64,000 bases of DNA, taken from positions 5,408-69,407 of IMG/VR virus record IMGVR_UViG_3300011116_000225; one strand, given 5' to 3'. Source of the DNA: a virus. The notes below the pieces were generated by a model. The model was given only the letters and a program-made list of their open reading frames with translations. It did no database searches and was not told the origin of the DNA. Shown here one piece after another: positions 16,914 to 25,492 of this stretch. Numbering within the stretch: position 1 is the first letter of the stretch; each line of letters opens with the position of its first letter. The translations under genes were made by a program, and so were the position numbers.

Positions 16914-17736
16914 CCCATTCATCATTGATGGCCCAACTTGCATCAGCTTTAGCGGTGGCAGGACCAGCGCATATATGCTTTGGCGGGTGCTGCAAGAGCA
17001 CGGCGGGAAACTGCCAGAGGAGGCCATTGTGTGCTTTGCCAACACTGGCAAAGAGGATGAGGCCACCTTAAGGTTTGTCCAGGCCTGCTCTGACAAATGG
17101 GGCGTTGAGATCCATTGGGTTGAGTATCGCGATGCAGACCCTGCCTTTGTGCGCGTTGACTTTGAAACCGCCAGCAGAAATGGTGAACCATTCGAGGCGC
17201 TCATTCGCAAGCGTCAGTATCTGCCCAACCCGGTGACAAGATTTTGCACGTCAGAGTTGAAGATTCGCACCATTCACAAGTACTTGAAGTCAATTGGCTG
17301 GGATGACCATAACGAAACCATGGACTGGGTTGGCATGAGAGCTGACGAGCAAAGACGTGCCGCGAAGATTGCCGACAAGTCAAGGATTCCACTGGTGACT
17401 GCTGGCGTGACAAAAGAGACTGTTGGCGAATTCTGGCGCAATCACTCTTTCGACCTTATGCTGCCAAACAACAATGGCGTGACCATGCATGGGAACTGTG
17501 ATCTTTGCTTTTTAAAGGGTGGCGCACAGGTGCTATCTCTAATTGCAGAAAAGCCAGAACGTGGTATCTGGTGGGCCAAAATGGAGGCGTTGGCGTTGGC
17601 GTTGGCGTCCAAGCCAAGCGGTGCGGTGTTTCGTTCCGACCGCCCATCTTATTCCGCAATGATGCAATTCGCATCAGAACAAATTGATATGTTTGACCCC
17701 AATGAAGAAGCCATTGCGTGCTTTTGTGGAGACTGA
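16906..17736 (+). CDS. PAPS reductase / adenine nucleotide alpha-hydrolase family protein
   Basis: PP-loop SFSGGRTS, FANTGKE, RFCT.ELK, GMRADE, GNCDLCFLKG; copy-1 only. Confidence 0.85.
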   Translation: MASPFIIDGPTCISFSGGRTSAYMLWRVLQEHGGKLPEEAIVCFANTGKEDEATLRFVQACSDKWGVEIHWVEYRDADPAFVRVDFETASRNGEPFEALIRKRQYLPNPVTRFCTSELKIRTIHKYLKSIGWDDHNETMDWVGMRADEQRRAAKIADKSRIPLVTAGVTKETVGEFWRNHSFDLMLPNNNGVTMHGNCDLCFLKGGAQVLSLIAEKPERGIWWAKMEALALALASKPSGAVFRSDRPSYSAMMQFASEQIDMFDPNEEAIACFCGD

Positions 17737-17737
17737 T

Positions 17738-17959
17738 ATGGATGACGCAGAACGCAAAGCCATGAGGGATCAGATCGTCTGGCTCACCCAGGAACTCGAG
17801 AAGGCCCGGCGCGCCAACCAGGACAAGACGCTGCTGCTGAGTCGGATGCTCAGTCCCGAGGACCTAGGGCACGCAGTCAGCAATGAGGTGCGGCAATTGA
17901 TCTACACAATTTTCATCAACGAACAGGATGCAGAAAGAGAATCATGGAGCAAAAAATAA
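17738..17959 (+). CDS. Hypothetical coiled-coil protein
   Basis: MDDAERKAMRDQ...; conserved at 51494. Confidence 0.75.
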   Translation: MDDAERKAMRDQIVWLTQELEKARRANQDKTLLLSRMLSPEDLGHAVSNEVRQLIYTIFINEQDAERESWSKK

Positions 17960-19059
17960 TCCTCAGACCCAGTGCAGCATCGCGCTGGATCGCCTGCCCG
18001 GCCAGCGTGCGCCTGTCCCAAGGCATCGAGCAAGAACCTGCCGGGGAGGCTGCGCAGATTGGCACGGCCATCCATGCCCTGGCTGAGTTGTGTTTCAAGG
18101 CTGGCTCAAACCCCCATGACTATGTCGGCAAGGCGGTGGAAGGTATCACCATGACCCAGGCAAACGCTGACTATGCCCAGCTCCACCTCGATGAGATCAA
18201 GCGCGTGCATGAGGAACTGGGGCACGTCAAGGTTGAGCAGTACGTCACGGTGCTGGACAACGACACGCTCAAGCTGGGTGGGACTGCTGACGTTGTTGGC
18301 ATTGGTGCCGGGAAACTCATTGTGTCGGATCTGAAGACGGGCAAGGGCTGGGTGGACGCTGACTCTGATCAGTTGAAGATCTACGCCTTGGGGGCCATCA
18401 GATCGGCCTCAAAGAACGGTATCCCACCGCCTGGGCAGATTGAGCTGCGCATTGTGCAGCCACACCATGGTGACGTGCGCAGCCACTCAATGACCTATGA
18501 GGAACTCTGGAACTGGTATCAAAACACCTTGCGCCCCGCGGTGCAGGCGGTTTCCAATCCAGACTCTCAACCCCAGCCCAGTGACAAGGCCTGCCAGTAC
18601 TGTTTGGCCAAGGTTGTCTGCCCGGCCCAGCAGCAAGGTTTTGCCGTGATGGCAGCCCAGCCTGACCTGACAAAACTGGACAAGGAACAGATCCAGGCCG
18701 TCATGCTGACCCTATCAGTTGAGCAGATCGCTGACCTCTTGGAGCGCGCGCCAGTGGTTGAGAAATTCATTGACGCAGTGCGAGATCACGCAGTGCAACG
18801 CATAAGGAAAGGTGATTCAATTCATGGCTGGCAGATGGTGCCCAAGCGTGCAACACGCAAATGGACTGATGAGGCTGCTGCCTTGCAAGCGCTCACTGAC
18901 GCTGGCATCGACAAGTCCAAACTGGTCTTGACAGAGATGGTGACGCCTGCCGTGGCTGAAAAGCTCCTGGGCAAGGACAAAAAAGCCATGGTGGATGAAC
19001 TCACCACAAAAGAATCATCGGGTTTGACTCTAGGCCGCGCAGTAGAGTTTGCCCAATAA
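17944..19059 (+). CDS. DUF2800 / PD-(D/E)XK exonuclease (Cas4-like)
   Basis: PSAASRWIACPAS, GTAIH, GTAD, DLKTG, QLKIYALG, CQYC..K..CP. Confidence 0.85.
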   Translation: MEQKIILRPSAASRWIACPASVRLSQGIEQEPAGEAAQIGTAIHALAELCFKAGSNPHDYVGKAVEGITMTQANADYAQLHLDEIKRVHEELGHVKVEQYVTVLDNDTLKLGGTADVVGIGAGKLIVSDLKTGKGWVDADSDQLKIYALGAIRSASKNGIPPPGQIELRIVQPHHGDVRSHSMTYEELWNWYQNTLRPAVQAVSNPDSQPQPSDKACQYCLAKVVCPAQQQGFAVMAAQPDLTKLDKEQIQAVMLTLSVEQIADLLERAPVVEKFIDAVRDHAVQRIRKGDSIHGWQMVPKRATRKWTDEAAALQALTDAGIDKSKLVLTEMVTPAVAEKLLGKDKKAMVDELTTKESSGLTLGRAVEFAQ

Positions 19060-19114
19060 TCCCATTCCCCCAACCGTGTCAATTGACACACAACCTTGAA
19101 AGCGAGAAAGCAAA

Positions 19115-19702
19115 ATGCTAAATCTGTCCTCTGGTGGCGGCTCAGGCTCCTACATTCGTTTTTCCCCCCAGGCCAATGCTTGGACAAATGCCGATGGAGA
19201 GATCCAATTGGGCAAAGTGGTCTTTGACATTGACAACGTCCAAACAGGCTGGCTCGAGCTGGGAGTCGGCGTGCGTGACTGGCAGCCTGATGTAGCCCTG
19301 GGCAAGAAGGGTCCGCAGCCCAGCGCAAACCATAAACGCGGGTTCAACGTGAAGTTTTATTCCAAGGCATTGGGTACTGTGGAGTGGTCCAGCAATGGCG
19401 TTGGCCCCAACATGGGACTTGAGGCCCTGTACAAGCAATGTGCTGAACAGCGTACTGGTACAAACCTAGACAAGCTCCCGGTGATCGAGTACACCGGCTC
19501 GCGCATGGAGAAGATCGGTAAGGGCACAACCCGCATTCCGGCATTCACCGTGACGGGTTGGATTGACAGGCCAGCAGGAATGGATGCAGAGGCTGCTGCA
19601 CCCGTTGACGAGTTTGATCCATTCCCAGCACCGGCACCTGCACCCGCAAAGGCTGCGCACGCTGCGCCTATCCCCGTTCACTCTGACGAGGATCTGTTTT
19701 AA
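19115..19702 (+). CDS. Putative single-stranded DNA-binding protein
   Basis: Follows DUF2800; flexible tail ending in acidic SDEDLF. Confidence 0.6.
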   Translation: MLNLSSGGGSGSYIRFSPQANAWTNADGEIQLGKVVFDIDNVQTGWLELGVGVRDWQPDVALGKKGPQPSANHKRGFNVKFYSKALGTVEWSSNGVGPNMGLEALYKQCAEQRTGTNLDKLPVIEYTGSRMEKIGKGTTRIPAFTVTGWIDRPAGMDAEAAAPVDEFDPFPAPAPAPAKAAHAAPIPVHSDEDLF

Positions 19703-19719
19703 GACGTAACGAATTAAGG

Positions 19720-19747
19720 GCCGGGGCTTTGTCCCCGGCTTTTTTTT
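19720..19747 (+). terminator. Rho-independent terminator
   Basis: GCCGGGG-CTTTGT-CCCCGGC followed by T8; identical in copy 2. Confidence 0.85.
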
Positions 19748-19752
19748 CCCTC

Positions 19753-19866
19753 ATGGAATCAAAAGAAGAATTCTGGCAACTGCTGGTGCTCATGTTGGCA
19801 CGGCGGGTGTACGAATTAGAAGAACGGCTCAAGAAATTGGAGAAGAAATGCAAGCCGAACAAATAG
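19753..19866 (+). CDS. 37-aa coiled-coil peptide
   Basis: MESKEEFWQLLVLMLARRVYELE...; conserved at 53509. Confidence 0.55.
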   Translation: MESKEEFWQLLVLMLARRVYELEERLKKLEKKCKPNK

Positions 19867-21941
19867 CAAAGGCGCTTGGCAACGCAAAGAGAGTTGGCAA
19901 AGGATGGTTGGCAAGTTGCCCATTGCCAGGGCATGGACAGGGCCATGGAGACAAGAACCCGAGTCTTTCCATCAGTGATGGAGATGACGGCAAACCCCTC
20001 TTTAAGTGCCACTCTGGTTGCGATCAGCATGAAGTGTTTGCGGCCATCAGGGATTACGGGCTGCTGCCAGACATTGAGATACGTGACCCTTTGGCATCGA
20101 TCAAGCCACTGCCTGCGCTCCAGGCACCAGTCCTTGAGCATGAGTGGGTTTATGTTGACGAGTATGGGGACCCGCTGTTTGTCAAGCAGAGATTTAAGAC
20201 CAGCACGGCCAAGGGTAAAGATTACAAGCTCATGCGCTGCGTCAAACAGCCAGATGGAACCCATGCCAGGTTTCCAGGGTTCAAAGACACGCGCCTGGTG
20301 CCCTATCGATTCCCCGAACTGCTGAACGCAAAGGCTGCGGGAAGGACCATCTTTTTGACCGAAGGCGAGAAGGCAGCCGATGCCTTGGTATCAATTGGAG
20401 TCATTGCCACAAGTGCTCATGCGGGATCAGGGTCATGGCCCGAGGAGATCACCCAGTATTTTGCTGGGGCAGTTGTCATCATGGTCCCAGACAACGACCT
20501 GGCGGGTTGGAAGTACGCCCACAAGGTGGCCGCAGCCTTGGTCCCGGTGGTGAAGTCCTTGAGGATCTTGGACCTGCCAGTTGAAGCGGCAACAGATGAT
20601 GCCTGGGAATGGGTCAACGTCTTGGGCGGCACCAGGCAAGAACTGGTCGAATTGGCAAAGGTCAGCCCATTGGTGACCTCGCAAGATGATGTAACGATCC
20701 CGGCAAGATTGGTGGCGGCACCGCAAAGCTCAGTTGCAGAACCATTTGCCGAATCTGCCGAACAGGTTGCAGAACCCAAAACCCAGGAACCTTACAAACC
20801 CTTCAAGATCGAGTCCTGGCAGTCAGTCAAGGATGAACCCGTCAACTGGTTAATCGAAGGCGTGATCCCTGAGAAGTCTTTTGTGGCCCTGTATGGGCCG
20901 CCAGCGTCATTCAAGTCATTCATTGCCATGGACATTGCCGAGTGCATCGCATCAGGCCGTGACTGGTTGGGAAACAAGATCAACGGCACCGGGCCAGTCC
21001 TATACATTGCCGGCGAAGGTCATGGCGGTATCGGTGCCAGGATTGCAGCCATCAAGCAGCACCACAACACGCCAGATGATGCACAGGTGTACGTTGTGCG
21101 CTCCCAGATCAACCTCAGATCAAGCGTTGATGATTTCTTGGCGCTCATTTCGGCCATCGATGAGCTGGTCAAGGAACTGGGTGTCGACCTGCGCATGATC
21201 ATCATCGATACCCTGGCCAGAGCATTTGGCGGGGGAAATGAGAACTCGAGTGATGACATGGGTGCCTTCATCCAGGCCACGGGAAAGATCCAAAACAGGT
21301 ACAGGTGCTCACTTATGCTGCTGCACCACGCTGGCAAGGACACGACAAAAGGACTGCGTGGGCACTCCAGTCTGCTGGGTGCCGTGGACACGCAAATGGA
21401 GATCATGCGGTTTCCAGAAACCACCAAAGGCTTGATCCTCATGTCCAAGCAAAAGGACGGTGAGGACGGTCAGAGGTACGGGTTTGAGGCCATCACGGTG
21501 GACATTGACAGGTCAGATCTGGGCCTGGAGAACGGCTCCAGCCTGGTCATTGAGGCGTCAGAGGTTGGCGAGATGAGGTCAGCAGACGCAGAAAATAAGC
21601 CAGAAAAAGGCAAAGCAATTGGCGCAAAACAGAAGATTGCTGAGAAGTCACTAATTGTTGCAATTAAAACCTTTGGCTCCATTATGGACACGCCAGAGGG
21701 ACGCAAAAACACCATCAGTTTGGAGCAGTGGAAGGCCGAATTCACGGCCATGATCGGGTCAGATGTGACCTCAAACCAGCTCGCAACGTACTGGGGAAGG
21801 GCCAAGGATCACGTCATAAAGAGTGGATTCGGGACCATCAGGAACAGCAGCGTTTGGGCAAACCGTAAGGACGTGACCACTGGTTTTGAGGCAGAGGCGC
21901 TGCTGAAAGCCGGGAAACTGGCTGCGTTGGTTGATGAATGA
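19848..21941 (+). CDS. Primase-helicase (Zn-finger, TOPRIM, RepA/AAA_25 helicase)
   Basis: CP...H...CHSGC, TEGEKAAD, PDND..G, GPPASFKS Walker A, IIDTL Walker B, HHAGKD, RGHSSL. Confidence 0.9.
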   Translation: MQAEQIAKALGNAKRVGKGWLASCPLPGHGQGHGDKNPSLSISDGDDGKPLFKCHSGCDQHEVFAAIRDYGLLPDIEIRDPLASIKPLPALQAPVLEHEWVYVDEYGDPLFVKQRFKTSTAKGKDYKLMRCVKQPDGTHARFPGFKDTRLVPYRFPELLNAKAAGRTIFLTEGEKAADALVSIGVIATSAHAGSGSWPEEITQYFAGAVVIMVPDNDLAGWKYAHKVAAALVPVVKSLRILDLPVEAATDDAWEWVNVLGGTRQELVELAKVSPLVTSQDDVTIPARLVAAPQSSVAEPFAESAEQVAEPKTQEPYKPFKIESWQSVKDEPVNWLIEGVIPEKSFVALYGPPASFKSFIAMDIAECIASGRDWLGNKINGTGPVLYIAGEGHGGIGARIAAIKQHHNTPDDAQVYVVRSQINLRSSVDDFLALISAIDELVKELGVDLRMIIIDTLARAFGGGNENSSDDMGAFIQATGKIQNRYRCSLMLLHHAGKDTTKGLRGHSSLLGAVDTQMEIMRFPETTKGLILMSKQKDGEDGQRYGFEAITVDIDRSDLGLENGSSLVIEASEVGEMRSADAENKPEKGKAIGAKQKIAEKSLIVAIKTFGSIMDTPEGRKNTISLEQWKAEFTAMIGSDVTSNQLATYWGRAKDHVIKSGFGTIRNSSVWANRKDVTTGFEAEALLKAGKLAALVDE

Positions 21942-21967
21942 GTCATGCGAACGTTGACAATGTCATC

Positions 21968-22100
21968 CACCACAAACACCACAAACACCACAGATGTGGT
22001 GAGGTTGTGGTGCCACATTCACCACAAACACCACAAACACCCCTATAAGGGGTTGTTTGTGGTGTGGTGTGTGGTGTGGTGTTTTGTTGGTGTAGTGTTT
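21968..22100. repeat. Iteron-like CACCACA(AA)/TGTGGTG direct and inverted repeat array; putative replication origin
   Basis: Five CACCACA units plus inverted TGTGGTG units around a CCCC-TATAA-GGGG hairpin, just after the primase-helicase stop. Confidence 0.7.
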
Positions 22101-22135
22101 AGCAAATTGATGATTAATGGATTGGAGGTAAAAGG

Positions 22136-22834
22136 ATGAGCGCAAAACAGGGTCAGGTGGGTCAGGGCAAAAGTCGGATGCCAGGTCGTGGGGTCAAGCC
22201 AGATTTCCCGGCGACCGATTTTGAGATCAGGCAGGCATCATGGTTGGCTGAAATTGAGCGCGTTAAGGTGGATCAGGATCGAAAATGGGGTACTGATAGA
22301 TTGTGTACTTTAGTTGATCTAGGGTTTCGGGAGAAATTCTGGCAGCAACAGCAAAGGGTTTGGCAGGCTTGTCAGGCCAGGGACAGTGAAAGGCTTGAGA
22401 AGTCAGCAGCAGGCATGGTCAGGGCGTATCAGGCGCTCGAGGCCTGGGCAGTCCAGCACGCAGTGCCTGTGCGGCCTGCCGTGGGCGCGGTTGAGCACGT
22501 TGGCAAAGATGGGAAACTGATGGTGGTGGTCGCAACCAAGCAAGATGCGGTCTGGTATCGCGAGAACCGTCCAGACGTTGAAGGCCAGCACGTTTGGTCC
22601 ATGGAGGAGATCGAGCTGCTGATTGAGGCTGAGATCAACCAGGCAGTGGTCGAGGCAAAGATCAGGTACGCTAGGTTTGACCCGGTGGTGGTCAATGTGG
22701 AGAAGTTGGGGGGTGAGACGGGCTTTGATGATTTTGTCAATGACCTGGATCTGTCAGCGCCAACGAAGGCACCTAAAATGTTTGACAGCAAAACAGCGGA
22801 GAAATTCAAGCATGGACAAAATCAGGCGATTTAA
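22136..22834 (+). CDS. Conserved hypothetical protein upstream of terS
   Basis: GGAGG RBS; conserved at 57152. Confidence 0.8.
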   Translation: MSAKQGQVGQGKSRMPGRGVKPDFPATDFEIRQASWLAEIERVKVDQDRKWGTDRLCTLVDLGFREKFWQQQQRVWQACQARDSERLEKSAAGMVRAYQALEAWAVQHAVPVRPAVGAVEHVGKDGKLMVVVATKQDAVWYRENRPDVEGQHVWSMEEIELLIEAEINQAVVEAKIRYARFDPVVVNVEKLGGETGFDDFVNDLDLSAPTKAPKMFDSKTAEKFKHGQNQAI

Positions 22835-22898
22835 GGCACTTTGTGCCAAATGCTGGGGTTGGGTACTTGGGCGCGTAAAAAGCGCTGGAAGGGGCTAA
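22812..22898 (+). CDS. 28-aa peptide
   Basis: MDKIRRFKALCAKCWGWVL...; same length and sequence kept at 57828-57914. Confidence 0.4.
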   Translation: MDKIRRFKALCAKCWGWVLGRVKSAGRG

Positions 22899-22902
22899 AA
22901 AC

Positions 22903-23334
22903 ATGGCTGGAAGACCTAAGATGCGCCGCGATCTCGAGCTGCTCGAGGATTTGCCCGAGGATATGGTCTTTGCCATGTTTGAGGCAGGCAAGCCGATCAG
23001 CACAATCTGCTATGAGCTTGGAATCGGGCGCAGGGCGCTTGAGAAGTGGATCGAGGAAAATGACCGCGATGATATGATTGCGCGTGCGCGCGCCAAGGCC
23101 GCCGATGAGCTTGCGTGCGAGACGCTGGCGATAGCGGACAGCGCCGATCCGGAGCACGCCGCGCACGCTCGCGTCCGCATCCAGACGCGCCAGTGGCTGG
23201 CTGAGAAGTGGAAACCAAGCGTTTATGGCACCAAACAGGCAGCGATCCAGGTCAACATTCACTCGATGCGCATGGACGCGCTGCGCCATGCCGAGGTCAT
23301 CGAGGCCGAGTTATCCACAGGCGAAGGCAAATAA
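22903..23334 (+). CDS. terS: Terminase small subunit (Sf6/P22-type)
   Basis: N-terminal HTH; ARA..AD.L..E.L.IAD and R.RI.TRQWLA.K..P.VYG motifs. Confidence 0.85.
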   Translation: MAGRPKMRRDLELLEDLPEDMVFAMFEAGKPISTICYELGIGRRALEKWIEENDRDDMIARARAKAADELACETLAIADSADPEHAAHARVRIQTRQWLAEKWKPSVYGTKQAAIQVNIHSMRMDALRHAEVIEAELSTGEGK

Positions 23335-23396
23335 GTGACAACTTATCCACAGATCAGCACTGGTTGCCTGTGGATAACTGTCATTTCTGTGCATAA
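23311..23396. promoter_or_regulatory. Cluster of four DnaA boxes
   Basis: TTATCCACA 23311, TTATCCACA 23343, TGTGGATAA 23369, TGTGCATAA 23388. Confidence 0.8.
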
Positions 23397-23652
23397 CTGC
23401 CAGAGCACGCATGGAATAACTTAACATAATGGACAATGTAACGATTAGGCTTTTGGTAACGATCAGCAGATTCCAGCATCCATGCCGCATTGCACGCAAG
23501 CAGTCACTAACCAGCAATTCACAGGCGCGTGCAAGTTGCGCACAGGCTGCTGGCCGCGGTGGCGCTGACCCTGGCCAGCCTGGCCGCGCCGAACCCCCCC
23601 TTCGCGCTCGCGGCGGGGGCAGGCTGACGCAGCACCTTGAGAAACACCGACC

Positions 23653-25137
23653 ATGACCCACCCCCCTACCCCAACCCCCATCGCGCCCAGCGTCCCAAAA
23701 AAAATTAAAAAAATTGAGACAACGCTCGACCCAAACCAGAACCCGTTTGTCGAATTCGTAAGACTCTACAAGAACAACCCTGTAAGGTTTGTGCAAGAAG
23801 TGCTGGGCGTCACGCCTGACCCGTGGCAGGCTGAATTTCTGATGCACATTGCCAAGGGCAACCGCCGCATCTCTGTCAGGTCTGGACACGGCGTTGGCAA
23901 ATCAACCGCTGGCGCTTGGGCCATGCTTTGGTATTTGCACTTACGGTTCCCGGTCAAGATTGTGGTCACGGCCCCCACCAGCAGCCAGTTGTATGACGCC
24001 TTGTTTGCGGAACTCAAGCGCTGGATCAAGGCCATGCCGCAGCTCTTGCAGGATCAGCTCGAGGTCAAACAAGACCGCATCGAGGTCAAGGATGCCGCCA
24101 CCGAGGCCTTCATTTCAGCGAGAACATCCAGAGCCGAGCAGCCCGAGGCCTTGCAAGGCGTGCACAGCGACAACGTGATGCTGGTGGGAGATGAGGCATC
24201 GGGTATTCCAGAACAGGTATTCGAGGCCGCTGGTGGCTCCATGTCTGGACACAATGCTGTCACCTTGCTGCTGGGCAACCCGGTGCGCAGCTCAGGATTT
24301 TTCTACGACACCCACAACAGACTTGCTGATGACTGGGTGACTATGAAGGTAGCGTGCGCTGACTCACCTCAAGTCAGCGAGGCCTACATTGAGGAGATGA
24401 AGGCGCGTTACAGTGAAGAGTCCAATGCTTACCGCATTCGCGTCTTGGGTGAATTCCCGCGCAGTGACGATGACACGGTGATCCCCATGGAGTTGCTGGA
24501 GATGGCCTCCAATCGGGATGTTGAGGCGAGTCAGCACGCCAGGATGGTGTGGGGCTTGGACGTTGCCAGGTTTGGTTCTGATAAGTCAGCCTTGTGTAAG
24601 AGGCAGGGCAATGCTGTCACTGAACCCATCAGGACGTGGAAGAACTTGGATTTGATGCAACTCACGGGTGCCATTGTGGCTGAGTGGGAAGTCTTGATGC
24701 CAAGCGCCAGGCCGCAAGAGATCTTGGTTGACTCGATTGGTTTGGGCGCTGGGGTTGTTGACCGGCTGCGGGAGTTGGGGTTACCGGCTCGCGGGATCAA
24801 TGTGGCCGAGAGTCCTGCCATGGGCAATACTTACAGGAATCTGAAAGCTGAACTCTGGCACAAGGCCAAGGCTTGGCTTGAGGCGCGGGATTGTCGGATG
24901 CCCAAAGATGAGGCGTTGATCGCTGAGTTGGCCACAGTGCGGTATTCGTTCACGTCCAGCGGCAAGATCCAGATTGAGGGCAAAGACGAGATCAGAAAGC
25001 GCGGCCTGCCATCCCCTGACCGGGCAGATGCGTTTTGTTTGACCTTTGCGTCTGACGCCGTTGTGGGGATGTACGGGTCGGCTGGGTCTGCCAAGTGGTC
25101 GCAGCCTTTGCGCCGCAACCTGCCAAGGGTTGCATAA
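23653..25137 (+). CDS. terL: Terminase large subunit
   Basis: SGHGVGKS Walker A, VGDEASG Walker B, LGNP, GLDVARFGSD nuclease, SPDRADA. Confidence 0.95.
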   Translation: MTHPPTPTPIAPSVPKKIKKIETTLDPNQNPFVEFVRLYKNNPVRFVQEVLGVTPDPWQAEFLMHIAKGNRRISVRSGHGVGKSTAGAWAMLWYLHLRFPVKIVVTAPTSSQLYDALFAELKRWIKAMPQLLQDQLEVKQDRIEVKDAATEAFISARTSRAEQPEALQGVHSDNVMLVGDEASGIPEQVFEAAGGSMSGHNAVTLLLGNPVRSSGFFYDTHNRLADDWVTMKVACADSPQVSEAYIEEMKARYSEESNAYRIRVLGEFPRSDDDTVIPMELLEMASNRDVEASQHARMVWGLDVARFGSDKSALCKRQGNAVTEPIRTWKNLDLMQLTGAIVAEWEVLMPSARPQEILVDSIGLGAGVVDRLRELGLPARGINVAESPAMGNTYRNLKAELWHKAKAWLEARDCRMPKDEALIAELATVRYSFTSSGKIQIEGKDEIRKRGLPSPDRADAFCLTFASDAVVGMYGSAGSAKWSQPLRRNLPRVA

Positions 25138-25145
25138 TTGGGGGG

Positions 25146-25302
25146 CGTCAACACGCATGGGGATTGCAAGGCTAACCATTTCCGACCTGCCGGAGCCCGA
25201 GAGGTTAGCTGTAAGCAGGACAGTCCCCAGCCGTGTTGGTTGGCCTTACCCGTTCACAGAAACTGCGGATAGACGCTACGGCTGATGGATACGTCAACCA
25301 AC
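25146..25302 (+). ncRNA. Candidate structured RNA with nested stems and a pseudoknot (copy-1 only)
   Basis: CAACACG/CGTGTTG, TGGGGATTG/CAGTCCCCA, GCTAACC/GGTTAGC, TCCG/CGGA; loop CCTGC vs GCAGG; second stem GTTGGTTGGC/GTCAACCAAC. Confidence 0.55.
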
Positions 25303-25327
25303 AAACTATTTTCAAGGAGCAATGACT

Positions 25328-25492
25328 GTGAAGATGACCAAAGCGCAAAAGAAGGTTGGCAAGGTGATGGGCGAGTACAAGTCTGGGACTTTGCATTCAG
25401 GCAAGGGCGGCAAGGTTGTGAAAAACCCCAAGCAAGCCATTGCCATTGCGTTGTCCGAGGCCAAGATCAAGCCCAAGAAGGCGATGAAATGA
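25328..25492 (+). CDS. Small basic protein, DUF6496-like
   Basis: KVGKVMGEYK.GTLHSG...KQAIAIALSEA; AAGGAG RBS. Confidence 0.7.
   Translation: MKMTKAQKKVGKVMGEYKSGTLHSGKGGKVVKNPKQAIAIALSEAKIKPKKAMK

Noticed and set aside
16906-17736. Complete Dnd/Ssp phosphorothioation system or sulfur-assimilation auxiliary gene
   Set aside because: No partner dnd/ssp or cys genes in the window; only a single family member
17944-19059. Cas4 of a CRISPR system
   Set aside because: DUF2800-type phage exonuclease in a replication module; no cas1/cas2 or array
21968-22100. Possible CRISPR array or coding ORF (21945-22139)
   Set aside because: Units are 7-9 bp with no unique spacers and no cas genes; the ORF is low-complexity and not preserved in copy 2
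23429-23656. 75-aa ORF in the terS-terL gap
   Set aside because: The 3' part changes frame between copies and there is no clear RBS; the conservation is better explained by DNA signals
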